Shown piece after piece: positions 7,501-16,142 of a DNA stretch of 64,000 nt. A model generated the notes under the pieces. The model did no database searches and was not told the DNA's origin. It saw only the letters and a program-made list of their open reading frames with translations. The stretch covers positions 5,787 through 69,786 of the forward strand of contig JAVCCC010000032.1 in assembly GCA_030765785.1 (NCBI GenBank), read 5' to 3'. The stretch's first letter is position 1; each line of letters opens with the position of its first letter. The translations under genes and the position numbers were made by a program. Source of the DNA: Candidatus Aceula lacicola. GTDB lineage: Bacteria > Omnitrophota > Gorgyraeia > Zapsychrales > Aceulaceae.

Positions 7501-9246
7501 CTTTTTGATGCATTAAAACGAATTGTTCGAGCTGAATATGGGACATTGGGGGAAATGGGGAAAGAAGGAGGAATTGCCCCTATTTTACCAAACCAGAGAG
7601 AAATCCTTGTTTTGATGCGTAAAGCAGGAGAATTGTGCGGTTATGTTGAAGGAAAAGATTTTGCATATTCGCTTGATATTGCGGCTAGTGAGATGGAAAA
7701 TGCGGCAGAAAAAGCGGGTGAGCCGGGACAGTATCGAATGTTCAAAGACAGAAATCCAGTGAATTTACAGACGGATCAATTAATAGACGTATATGGAGAA
7801 TTAATAAAAGAATTTTGTATTATTTCTATTGAGGATCCTTTTCACGAAGATGATGTGGAAGGGTATACGAAATTTACAAAACTTTACGGAAAGAACGGAA
7901 CACGTCTTGAGGGTCTTCGTTTTCCGATTCAGAAAAAAGGGATACAGATTGTTTTAGATGACATCTCTGCGACGAATCCTATGTTAATTTACGCATTGAA
8001 ACAGGCAGGATGCGGAAATTCTATTTTGATTAAGCTTAATCAAATAGGGACGGTAACTGAAACGATTAATGCCATCAAAATTACGGAAGGCAATGGCGTT
8101 CCATTATTGCAAAAGGAAAAAGATGGTAAAGAATATGCTGATTCCTATGGAACAAAAATTTCACATCGTTCTGGGGAAACTGAGGACACCCTTCTTGGAG
8201 ATTTTGTTGTTGGAATGGGTGGTGGCCAGCTTAAAACCGGATCGGTAAATCGATCAGATAGAATGGGAAAATACAATCGATTGAAGAAAATAGCACATTT
8301 TTTAGAAGCGAATGTGGCCAAGAAGCGATCGTTATTAATTAAGCCGAAAGGTGAAATTATCATTACGGATGCTTTGGCAACAGATACCTATGATTCTAAT
8401 GGGAATCCGACAGTAACGCTTGAACTTTATTTTTCTAATGGCAGTAAGCAGGAAGCAACGGTTCCTTCTGGAGCTTCAACTGGTAAAAGAGAAGCTCAAG
8501 AATTGCGAGATGGTGACAAAGAACACCATCGAGGAAAAGGAACTAAGAAAGCGACAAAAAATGCTGCAGACTTGGCGGAGAAAATATTAGTAGGAAAGAA
8601 GCTTTCAGAGCTGAACCAATTTGATGTTGATCAGGCTATGCTGAGAGACGAGTTAGAAAAAGGGAAAGTAAACAATTATCAAGAAATTAAAAAAAGAGGA
8701 AAAAATCCTATTATTAATTTAGAGCGAGATGAATATTTAAATACGGTTGAGCAACAGCTTTATAAAACAGAGAATGGGGCTAATGCAATGTTGGCTGTGT
8801 CTATGGCGTTTGCGAGAGCTAAGGCATATTCTGAAGGACTTGAGCTATTTCAATATTTTGCCGAATTGAAGAAAGAGCCAATGAGGCAGGATGAATTGTA
8901 TGGTGTAAAGGTTCATTTTAATCCTCTTGATGCGAATGTTGTCTCCTCTGGAATACCTACAAATGTAAAAACATTAGATAGATCAGTATCTTTTCCACCT
9001 GTTGCCAGCGTTGGCGCAATCGACAACAATGAATCTCTTGGTGGTATTAGCATGAATTCTGGATTATTGGATCTTCAAATCAAGAGAGATAGCGCAGGTT
9101 CACCGCTTCCAATCAGTCAGCAACCGATTATGAATATGAATATTCAAGGGTTTAAATTTAATATTATGACAATTACGCCAATTACAACAACGTTGCCGAT
9201 GTATTTGGGGATGAGTGATGGTGATTTGTCGATTGCAATGTTGTAA
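4558..9246 (+). CDS. Giant secreted/membrane protein (1562 aa). Signal peptide, shared N-domain (~4860-5640), HELGHW zinc-peptidase-like motif in a hydrophobic segment (6490-6504), two TM helices (~7000-7170), circularly permuted enolase (~7357-8875), shared C-terminal tail (~9040-9246)
   Basis: RBS aaaaaaggag 8 nt upstream of the ATG. N-terminal 'FVAFAFFATMVIFPNTAQAQ' reads as a signal peptide. Enolase signatures 'SILIKLNQIGT', 'ISHRSGETED' and 'GQLKTGSVNRSDR' precede 'DSNGNPTV..VPSGASTGKREAQELRDGD..NGANAMLAVSMA'. Confidence 0.8.
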   Translation: MISTFEARKSTFSYKALCAFVAFAFFATMVIFPNTAQAQGVASLPAPGTMIGMTPAFAPPIIKGVQIDPQHPFQFNFVLDTGDDHVSGKKLEREADKLIKYFLAAITVPDEDLWVNLSPYEQDRIVPEEFGKTEMGRDLLAQDYILKQFTASLIYPEDELGKTFWDRVYKKAYEKYGTTDIPVNTFNKVWVIPETAVVYEHEGTSAFVVERHLKVMLEEDYLALSNNLNNEKIGTSLQGEAESKDVNSISSEIVREILIPEIEKEVNFGKNFANLRQIYNAMILSTWYKRQLRESVFAGAYANKNKVSGVDIADKAQAQKIYNQYLEAFKKGVCDYIKVEQDSQTGRNIPRKYFSGGSKHVSKNVRVKKNLSSLTSRQAGEFSASAGPLAVVKGFADPANIKSAGERAVLGYRGAKDDVSGSPIVVDDIDGKDEYVLQVGSEGVFVKDKNWVQFIGKRLRPIQALEKAIDVFLSKHFSKIDYESIVLQWDRAQTRLDGVDVVSLSQGKIDQISESLKKASKRSQSLDTDFKIMMDNLKFYQDRLEKIVGDLAYEVSNGKKVSEINSNDLLRKAREGEKDTKILDESGLTKLFRKVSGFLRLEQFTAINVAVSLHSMLLKFAGTDAPGWQWALWALATFSVTTIIHELGHWYQGQKSNTLTLEEIPFKIIRDSGKIKDSLLLKYYKNQSVLKQSIEEKMLKDKLFKEEVEDFVKGLEFKSVSGDKLIFDVSEIDKKLSDGKKEKFFEYFEKDSWLMDSKKEHEMRTGMANYWEKTKLINRLKRHDIIKGSKWIPEWLTFNARGLQVNFSRTTLQNLAYGPLFSAWMTGGAIAVLLASLIVPGLATTWVPGLALTTVVIGLFNSIFADNSALLDLIKEKRLDRARKKAVKAGVGKEEAKTIDVDLLVKGKDGKMRSWSMMNPEDIRSIVRYDEKKNVYVLPAMIHCNVINGGKHSDGSATFQEWMYLPLGSESVDEALEKLTDLFDALKRIVRAEYGTLGEMGKEGGIAPILPNQREILVLMRKAGELCGYVEGKDFAYSLDIAASEMENAAEKAGEPGQYRMFKDRNPVNLQTDQLIDVYGELIKEFCIISIEDPFHEDDVEGYTKFTKLYGKNGTRLEGLRFPIQKKGIQIVLDDISATNPMLIYALKQAGCGNSILIKLNQIGTVTETINAIKITEGNGVPLLQKEKDGKEYADSYGTKISHRSGETEDTLLGDFVVGMGGGQLKTGSVNRSDRMGKYNRLKKIAHFLEANVAKKRSLLIKPKGEIIITDALATDTYDSNGNPTVTLELYFSNGSKQEATVPSGASTGKREAQELRDGDKEHHRGKGTKKATKNAADLAEKILVGKKLSELNQFDVDQAMLRDELEKGKVNNYQEIKKRGKNPIINLERDEYLNTVEQQLYKTENGANAMLAVSMAFARAKAYSEGLELFQYFAELKKEPMRQDELYGVKVHFNPLDANVVSSGIPTNVKTLDRSVSFPPVASVGAIDNNESLGGISMNSGLLDLQIKRDSAGSPLPISQQPIMNMNIQGFKFNIMTITPITTTLPMYLGMSDGDLSIAML
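7357..8875 (+). other. Circularly permuted enolase module: C-terminal TIM-barrel domain (7357-~8320) followed by the N-terminal capping domain (~8350-8875). Metal ligands and catalytic residues apparently conserved
   Basis: Barrel start 'YVLPAMIHCNVINGGKHSD' compared with E. coli 'SMPVPMMNIINGGEHAD'. 'SLDIAASE', 'SIEDPF' and 'VLDDI' match Mg ligands D246, E290 and D317. K345, H373 and K396 equivalents are present. N-domain Ser in 'SGASTGKREA'. Confidence 0.7.
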
Positions 9247-9272
9247 GATTTGATAGTTTAGTAATGTTTTAA

Positions 9273-9307
9273 AGGCCGCTGCTTAGCAGTGGCCTTTTTA
9301 TTTTTTA
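9273..9307 (+). terminator. Rho-independent terminator after giant gene 2
   Basis: Hairpin aggccgctg-ctta-cagtggcct followed by ttttattttttt. Confidence 0.6.
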
Positions 9308-9345
9308 CCTTTTACCCGATACCGTTTTTCTGCTACAATCCAACT

Positions 9346-9852
9346 ATGGAGAAAAACATTGCACTCGTTGGTTTCATGGGGTCAGGAAAGTCTGTTGTGG
9401 CCAAGCTCTTGGCCAAACAGCTTGGGCGTAAGCTTATCAGCACGGATCAGTTAATTGTTGAACGCGAAAGAATGGAGATTACGGATATTTTTTCGATTAA
9501 GGGAGAAAAATATTTTCGTGATGTTGAAGAAGATGTTGTCTTTGAGGTAAGTCAAGGCGAAGGACTTGTGATTGATTGCGGGGGCGGTGTTGTTTTAAGA
9601 GAACAGAATATAAATAATTTGCACTATAGAAGTATTATTGTTTATTTGAAAACCTCTTCAGAGGCTATCTATAGCCGGATTAAAGATCAGATGCATCGGC
9701 CGCTTTTAAATGTGGAAGATCCAAAATCTAAAATTGATGAATTGATTGCTCCACGCTTATCGTTTTATGAGAAAGCAAACTTGACTGTTGACACGTCTAA
9801 GAAAACAATTGATTTTGTCGTCGATGAAATTATAAAAAGTATTTCTCAATGA
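9346..9852 (+). CDS. aroK: Shikimate kinase
   Basis: 'IALVGFMGSGKS' P-loop. Start moved to the internal ATG at 9346, because the upstream ORF extension lies over the terminator. Confidence 0.8.
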   Translation: MEKNIALVGFMGSGKSVVAKLLAKQLGRKLISTDQLIVERERMEITDIFSIKGEKYFRDVEEDVVFEVSQGEGLVIDCGGGVVLREQNINNLHYRSIIVYLKTSSEAIYSRIKDQMHRPLLNVEDPKSKIDELIAPRLSFYEKANLTVDTSKKTIDFVVDEIIKSISQ

Positions 9853-10949
9853 CCGAACTTGATTCTCTCGTTATTCTAAATGCCATTTCTGGTCTTGGTC
9901 CAATTCGAATTAAAGAATTATTATCTTATTTTTCATCTGCCAAAGAAGTTTTATCAGCTTCTAAAAAAGAAATTCTTTCCTTAAAGCGTATTCCGGAAAA
10001 TGTGGTAAAGAATATTTTAGAATTTAGACAAGATGAATTTCTAGAAAAAGAACATGCTTTAATTAAAAAACACGATGTTAATATTTGCGTGATCTCCCAA
10101 AAGCAATTTCCAAAAAATTTAAAAAATATTATTGATTCTCCGATTGTTCTTTATGTCAAAGGAACGTTTGATCCTGTGGATGCAAATGCGGTTTCGATTG
10201 TTGGTTCTCGACGAGCTTCGATTTATGGAATATCCATGGCAGAAAAATTTTCTATGCAGCTTTCCGATTTTGGTATCACCGTGGTATCTGGGATGGCACG
10301 GGGAATTGATTCGGCAGCTCACAGAGGAGCTCTGCGTGCCAAAGGAAGGACAATTGCCGTTTTGGGAAGTGGGATCGCACACATCTATCCTCCAGAAAAC
10401 AAAGAATTAGCGCAAAGCATTTCAGGAAGCGGTGCCGTTATATCTGAGTTTCCAATGACGACAAAACCTTTAGCTGTAAATTTTCCAAGACGAAATCGCA
10501 TCGTAAGCGGATTGTCTCTTGGCGTTATCGTGGTTGAGGCTGCTAAAAGAAGTGGTGCGCTCATCACAAGTGATTTTGCGCTTGAGCAGGGAAGAGAAGT
10601 TTTTGCGATTCCAGGAAAAGTAGATATGCCAAGCGCTCAAGGTACGAATAATCTTATAAAGCAAGGCGCAAAACTTGTTACTTCAGTTGAAGACATTTTA
10701 GAGGAGCTTCAGGTGGATCTTAAAAACGCTCGAGTAAAAATAATTGAAAGTAATGATCAAATTTCTCTAAAAGAGCTTAGTGATGTTGAACAAAAGATTT
10801 TTGGTCAAATTTCTTCTAAAGCTCTTCATTTAGATCAAATTCTAGAAAAAACAGGGCTTTCCATCTCTCAGATATCCTTAGGATTGCTTAGCCTAGAGCT
10901 AAAGCGGCTTATTAAGCAATTGCCCGGAAAACTGTTTGTCAGAACTTAA
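9849..10949 (+). CDS. dprA: DNA processing protein A (DprA/Smf)
   Basis: 'VSGMARGIDSAAHRGAL', 'GSGIAHIYPPEN' and 'GALITSDFALEQGREVFAIPG' are DprA Rossmann-domain motifs. Confidence 0.85.
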   Translation: MTELDSLVILNAISGLGPIRIKELLSYFSSAKEVLSASKKEILSLKRIPENVVKNILEFRQDEFLEKEHALIKKHDVNICVISQKQFPKNLKNIIDSPIVLYVKGTFDPVDANAVSIVGSRRASIYGISMAEKFSMQLSDFGITVVSGMARGIDSAAHRGALRAKGRTIAVLGSGIAHIYPPENKELAQSISGSGAVISEFPMTTKPLAVNFPRRNRIVSGLSLGVIVVEAAKRSGALITSDFALEQGREVFAIPGKVDMPSAQGTNNLIKQGAKLVTSVEDILEELQVDLKNARVKIIESNDQISLKELSDVEQKIFGQISSKALHLDQILEKTGLSISQISLGLLSLELKRLIKQLPGKLFVRT

Positions 10950-11003
10950 AAATCCTATATAATAGTCCTACTTATATTAATATGTATACACTAAAGGATT
11001 ATT

Positions 11004-12956
11004 ATGGCAAATTCACTTGTTGTTGTTGAATCTCCTGCAAAGGTCAAAACGATTAATAAAATCCTAGGCAAGAGCTTTAAAGTTGTCTCTTCGATGGGGC
11101 ATTTAATCGACCTTCCTAAGTCAACGCTTGGTATCGATGTTGAAGACAACTTTAAGCCTAAGTTGATTATTATTCGTAGTAAGCAAAAATTTTTAAAAGC
11201 CCTTAAGAAAGAAGCTTTAAAAAAGAAAAATATCTATATTGCCACTGACCCTGATCGTGAGGGAGAGGCAATTGGATGGAATCTTGCTAAGGAAATTGGC
11301 GAAGGGAAAAAGGTCTATCGCGTGACATTCCACGAGATTACCAAGGACGCTGTTTTGAAGGCATTTGATCATGTGCGTGAATTTGATGAAAAGAAAATTG
11401 ATGCACAAATAGCGCGTCGTGTTTTAGATCGATTAGTGGGATATCAGCTTAGTCCGCTGCTTTGGAAAAAAGTTGGTTCGGGCTTAAGTGCTGGACGTGT
11501 TCAATCTGTCGCGCTCAGGCTTATTGTTGAGCGTGATCGCGCCATCACTGCCTTTAATCCTCAAGAATATTGGCAGATGTCTGTTGATCTAAGAAAGACT
11601 GATAGTCAAGATATTTTAAATGCTTCGTTAGATAAGATTGATGGAGAAAGAATTGATTTAAAAAGTAAAGAAGAAACTGATCAAATTGTTAATGAGGTTA
11701 AGCAACAACAATTTTCTATTTCAGATGTAACCGAAAAAGAAGTGCGGCGAAACGCATTGCCACCTTTTATTACGAGTACTCTTCAGCAGGAAGCATTTAA
11801 CAAGCTCAATTTTAATACAAGCCGAACAATGATGGTCGCTCAGCAACTTTATGAAGGCGTTGACCTTGGTGACGGAGAGACAATCGGTTTGATTACATAT
11901 ATGCGTACAGATTCTGTCAATATTGCTGATGAAGCCAAAAAAAGAGTCCGCGATTTAATTCAACAGCAATACGGCGAAGCGTATTTGCCAGAAAAGCCTA
12001 GCGAATATAAATCAAAAAAACGGGCACAAGAAGCTCATGAGGCGATTCGCCCATCCGATGTTTTTAGAAAACCAGAGGACATGCGGTCTTTCTTGACAGA
12101 GGAGCAGTATAAAATTTACGAGTTGATTTGGCGAAGATTTGTGAGTTGTCAAATGACACCAGCTGTTTATCTTCAAAAAAGAATTTTAATTAGTGCCGGA
12201 AAATTTGATTTTAGCGCATCAGCTTCTAGTTTAAAATTTGATGGATGTCTCGCCTTAGATCAGAGTTCAAAAGATAAAGATTCTGAATTGGATCTTTCTC
12301 AATTCAAAAAAGAGGATGCGCTTGATTTGGCTGATGTTTATCCCACGCAGCATTTTACAAAATCTCCGCCACGTTATTCTGAAGCTACGCTTGTTCGTGC
12401 GATGGAAGAAGGCGGCATAGGTCGACCGAGTACATATGCGCCGATTATTAAAACACTTGTTATGCGTAATTATGTATATCGCGAAAATGGATATTTTAGT
12501 TCAACAGAGTTAGGCTTTACCATCATAGATCTTCTTGTTGAGTATTTTCCGAGAATTATGGATATTAGTTTTACGGCGACCATGGAAGAGCGTCTTGATT
12601 TGATTGAAGATGGTGAGCTTGATTATGCGAAACTTTTAAATGAGTTTTATGCGCCTTTCAAAGAAGAGCTTGATTATGCGACAGAGAATATTGAAAAGAT
12701 TACAACTTTAACTGATCATAAATGTCCTGAATGTCAGAAACCTTTAGCTATCAAATGGGGACGCAATGGAAAATTTTTAAGCTGTTCAGGATTTCCAGAA
12801 TGTAAGCACTCACAATCATTTCTAACGGGGGTTAAGTGTCCTGAAGAAAATTGTGAAGGGGAATTAGTTGAGCGGCGTTCTCGAAGAGGGACGACTTTTT
12901 ATGGGTGTAGTCGATACCCTGAGTGTACGTTTACTAGCAGGCAATTGCCTAAATAA
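11004..12956 (+). CDS. topA: DNA topoisomerase I with C-terminal Cys4 zinc ribbons
   Basis: Toprim 'LVVVESPAKVKTI', 'ATDPDREGEAI' and C-terminal CPEC..CSGFPEC / CPEENC..CSRYPEC motifs. Confidence 0.9.
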   Translation: MANSLVVVESPAKVKTINKILGKSFKVVSSMGHLIDLPKSTLGIDVEDNFKPKLIIIRSKQKFLKALKKEALKKKNIYIATDPDREGEAIGWNLAKEIGEGKKVYRVTFHEITKDAVLKAFDHVREFDEKKIDAQIARRVLDRLVGYQLSPLLWKKVGSGLSAGRVQSVALRLIVERDRAITAFNPQEYWQMSVDLRKTDSQDILNASLDKIDGERIDLKSKEETDQIVNEVKQQQFSISDVTEKEVRRNALPPFITSTLQQEAFNKLNFNTSRTMMVAQQLYEGVDLGDGETIGLITYMRTDSVNIADEAKKRVRDLIQQQYGEAYLPEKPSEYKSKKRAQEAHEAIRPSDVFRKPEDMRSFLTEEQYKIYELIWRRFVSCQMTPAVYLQKRILISAGKFDFSASASSLKFDGCLALDQSSKDKDSELDLSQFKKEDALDLADVYPTQHFTKSPPRYSEATLVRAMEEGGIGRPSTYAPIIKTLVMRNYVYRENGYFSSTELGFTIIDLLVEYFPRIMDISFTATMEERLDLIEDGELDYAKLLNEFYAPFKEELDYATENIEKITTLTDHKCPECQKPLAIKWGRNGKFLSCSGFPECKHSQSFLTGVKCPEENCEGELVERRSRRGTTFYGCSRYPECTFTSRQLPK

Positions 12957-12967
12957 TACGAGATTAT

Positions 12968-13828
12968 ATGAATAGATATGTTGAAAAGTTTTTGTCATAT
13001 CTTGATATTGAGAAAAATTATTCAAAACACACGATTTTAAATTATAAAATTGACCTAGAAGAGTTTTTTATTTTTTTGAAAGATACATCTATAGAGAGAG
13101 TTGATTATTTTCATCTGAGACGTTATTTGGCAAATCTGCGTACAAGGGAGTTTAAGCCAAGGACAGTGGCGCGTAAGCTTTCGGCTTTGAGAAGTTTTTT
13201 TAAATTTATTTATCGCGAAGGATTGATAGGAAAGAATCCTGCCACTCTTTTGATGACGCCAAAGCTGGATAAAAAATTACCACAATTTTTATCCGAAAAA
13301 GATGTTGAGCGCTTAATAGAGGGACCAAAAGAAAAAGATGAGCCAAATCTTCGAGACCGCGCTATTTTAGAAACACTTTATAGCACAGGTATGCGCGTTA
13401 GCGAACTTGTCTCTTTGGATTTAAATCGAGTTGATTTTATTAGCAATATTGTCAAGGTGGCAGGAAAAGGAAAAAAAGAACGTCTTATTCCTATAGGTGA
13501 AACAGCACTTAAAGTGATTCGAGAATATGTTGATAAAAGAAAGAATAAATCAGAAGCAGTTTTTTTAAATCTGAGAGGTGCGCGTCTGACAGATCGAAGC
13601 GTGCGCAATATTGTTGATAAGCATATTCGTCAGGCAAGCATTCAAAGCAAGATTTCTCCGCATGCATTAAGACATTCGTTTGCAACACATCTTTTAAATG
13701 CGGGAGCAGATTTACGTGCTGTGCAGGAGTTGTTAGGACACGTGAATCTATCAACGACCCAAATTTATACCCATATGACTACAGAGAAGCTTAAAAAAGT
13801 TTATGATAACGCGCACCCGAGAGCATGA
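12968..13828 (+). CDS. Tyrosine recombinase XerC/XerD family
   Basis: 'ALRHSFATHLL..GADLRAVQELLGHVNLSTTQIYTH' catalytic R-H-R-Y region. Confidence 0.85.
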   Translation: MNRYVEKFLSYLDIEKNYSKHTILNYKIDLEEFFIFLKDTSIERVDYFHLRRYLANLRTREFKPRTVARKLSALRSFFKFIYREGLIGKNPATLLMTPKLDKKLPQFLSEKDVERLIEGPKEKDEPNLRDRAILETLYSTGMRVSELVSLDLNRVDFISNIVKVAGKGKKERLIPIGETALKVIREYVDKRKNKSEAVFLNLRGARLTDRSVRNIVDKHIRQASIQSKISPHALRHSFATHLLNAGADLRAVQELLGHVNLSTTQIYTHMTTEKLKKVYDNAHPRA

Positions 13829-15090
13829 TGACCATATTATATAATTTAGCATTTTTTATTTTTTCAATTGTTTATTTGCCATATCTTTTGATTAAACGTA
13901 AATGGCATAAAGATTTTTCAATGCGTTTTGGATTTCTTAAAGATTTAGAAACTTCAAGCGCACCTCGTATCTGGATTCATGCTGTAAGCGTAGGTGAGGT
14001 TGTGGTGATCAAAAATCTTTTGGATGAAATTCGCCAAAGATATCCTGAGAATCCTATTGTGATTTCCGTTGTCACTCAAACAGGCTTTGAAATGGCACAA
14101 AAGATTTCAAGCCAAGAGGATCAGGTTATTTATGCGCCTTTAGATTTTAGTTTGTCAGTGCGCCGATACATTGATGCGATTAATCCGAGGATCTATATTA
14201 ATGCTGAGACAGAGATTTGGCCAAATTTATTGACGCAATTGCATCGTCGCGGTGTCCCTATTGTTCAGATCAATGGACGCATTTCTGATCGAGCGTTTAA
14301 AGGATATCGATTTTTAAAGTCAGCGATTAGTCCAGTCCTTAATTATATTAGTTTTTTTTGTATGCAAAGCGATCTTGATGCTAGTCGAATTAAAGAGCTT
14401 GGGGCATCTCAAAAGCGTATCGAAGTCGTTGGCAATATGAAGTTTGATGATATCTTAGATTCTAATCAAAAAGAACTTCCAAATTCAATTGTTGATGACA
14501 TTGAAGAGTTTTTTGTAGCTGGAAGCACGCATCCAGGTGAAGAAGAGATTATTTTAGATATTTTTAAGAAAACTAAAAGTCGTTTTGAGAATTTGCGTCT
14601 CATCATCGCTCCTAGACATCCTGAGCGCGCCAATGAGATTGTTGAGTTGGTTCAAAGAAAAGGATTCAGGGCGGTTAAATTTTCTCAGATGTACGATTTG
14701 ATTATGGATCAAGAAACAGTTGTTGTGGTTGATACTATCGGACACTTGCGCTCATTGTATCGATTGGCAAAAGTTGTTTTTGTGGGCAAGAGTTTGACGG
14801 TGCAAGGGGGTCACAATATTATTGAGCCTGCGTATTTTGAGAAACCGATTATTATCGGTCCTTATATGCAGAATTTTAAAGATATTACAGCGTTATTTCT
14901 ACAAAACAATGCCATTGTTCAAGTAAAAGATAAAAAGGAATTTGGAAAAGAGCTTGAACATCTTCTGGGGGATTCGGTGCTTTGTGAAGAACTTGGCGTG
15001 AGAGCAAGAGAGGTTATTGAGCAGTACCGAGGGGCAAGCGAAAAGACGTTCGACATGATTTCAATTATTTTGAGTAAGGCTAAGGAATGA
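13825..15090 (+). CDS. waaA: 3-deoxy-D-manno-octulosonic acid (Kdo) transferase
   Basis: 'WIHAVSVGEV' KdtA motif and GT-B architecture. Confidence 0.85.
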   Translation: MMTILYNLAFFIFSIVYLPYLLIKRKWHKDFSMRFGFLKDLETSSAPRIWIHAVSVGEVVVIKNLLDEIRQRYPENPIVISVVTQTGFEMAQKISSQEDQVIYAPLDFSLSVRRYIDAINPRIYINAETEIWPNLLTQLHRRGVPIVQINGRISDRAFKGYRFLKSAISPVLNYISFFCMQSDLDASRIKELGASQKRIEVVGNMKFDDILDSNQKELPNSIVDDIEEFFVAGSTHPGEEEIILDIFKKTKSRFENLRLIIAPRHPERANEIVELVQRKGFRAVKFSQMYDLIMDQETVVVVDTIGHLRSLYRLAKVVFVGKSLTVQGGHNIIEPAYFEKPIIIGPYMQNFKDITALFLQNNAIVQVKDKKEFGKELEHLLGDSVLCEELGVRAREVIEQYRGASEKTFDMISIILSKAKE

Positions 15091-16142
15091 AGAAATATCT
15101 TTATGAACTTATGACAGATCAGCGTAAAGATTGGCTAGCGCAAATCTTTAAGATCGTTTTGTTGGTTTTGTCTTTTTTGTATTGGGCGGGAATCAAAATA
15201 ATTTTATGGATGTATCGTCAAAAGATTTTAAAGACAAAACGGTTGCCAAAGCCTGTTATTAGCGTCGGCAACATTACCATTGGTGGTGTTGGCAAAACGC
15301 CTTTAGTTCGTTTGATTGCAACAATGTTTCAATATCACAGCCTTAAGCCTGTGATATTGACTCGAGGTTATATGGCAAAGGGTACGGGTTCGGACGAAGC
15401 TGAGATGCTTAGAAGCCAACTAAAGGATGTTCCTATTTTAGTCGGAGCTAATCGATATCAGGTAGCTCAAGATTTTTTAAGAGCGAACAGAGCCGATATT
15501 TTTATTTTAGATGATGGATTTCAGCATTGGTCGCTTCTTAGAAATTTTAACATTGTTGCGATTGACTCAACGCGTCCGTTTGGAAATCTTTTTTTAATTC
15601 CGCGTGGAATTTTGCGTGAACCAATGGATTCATTGAAGCGAGCAGATATTTTTATTCTGACAAAAACAGATTTGGGAAAAGAGAATATAAAGAAAATTTG
15701 CCAGAAGATAAAGCAATTTCAGCCTGCAGCGGTTATTGTAGAGACAGTACATAATCCTGTGGCTTTAATTAATATTAACAATTCTGGAGACAGACGGGAC
15801 ACGTCTGCTATTTCGGGTCATTTGGCATGTCTTTTTTCAGGCATCGGAGATCCTCGATCTTTTGAAGGAAGCGTCGAATCTCTCAGGGTTGATATTAAAA
15901 AACATTTTATTTTTATGGATCATCATTGTTATTCTAAAGATGACATTGAGCGCATTGTTCATTATTGTCGAGTTCACAATATTAAAACATTAATTACAAC
16001 ACAAAAAGATGCTGCTCGATTGCCTGGGTTATTGCATTTATTCTCAAGGGAATTGAATGTTTTTATTTTGGAAATTGAGATGAAAATTTTGAAAGGAGAG
16101 CAAGATCTTGAAAAGCGAATTTTCTATTTTCTGGATCGTTAA
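15087..16142 (+). CDS. lpxK: Tetraacyldisaccharide 4'-kinase
   Basis: 'SVGNITIGGVGKTPLV' P-loop. Confidence 0.85.
   Translation: MKKYLYELMTDQRKDWLAQIFKIVLLVLSFLYWAGIKIILWMYRQKILKTKRLPKPVISVGNITIGGVGKTPLVRLIATMFQYHSLKPVILTRGYMAKGTGSDEAEMLRSQLKDVPILVGANRYQVAQDFLRANRADIFILDDGFQHWSLLRNFNIVAIDSTRPFGNLFLIPRGILREPMDSLKRADIFILTKTDLGKENIKKICQKIKQFQPAAVIVETVHNPVALININNSGDRRDTSAISGHLACLFSGIGDPRSFEGSVESLRVDIKKHFIFMDHHCYSKDDIERIVHYCRVHNIKTLITTQKDAARLPGLLHLFSRELNVFILEIEMKILKGEQDLEKRIFYFLDR

Noticed and set aside
7357-8875. Enolase-like segments considered as fragments of a disrupted eno pseudogene
   Set aside because: Both halves lie in one uninterrupted 1562-aa reading frame with all catalytic and metal-binding residues conserved. 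That pattern fits a functional permuted domain, not decay.
9289-9345. Upstream extension of the aroK ORF (MAFLFFTFYPIPFFCYNPT)
   Set aside because: The extension is encoded by the terminator hairpin and T-tract of the preceding gene. The internal ATG at 9346 gives a canonical shikimate kinase N-terminus.
12968-13828. XerC/D recombinase considered as a marker of an integrative mobile element
   Set aside because: The sequence fits a housekeeping Xer recombinase (XerC/D-type C-terminus) and it is translationally coupled to waaA. No att-like repeats or phage genes are nearby.
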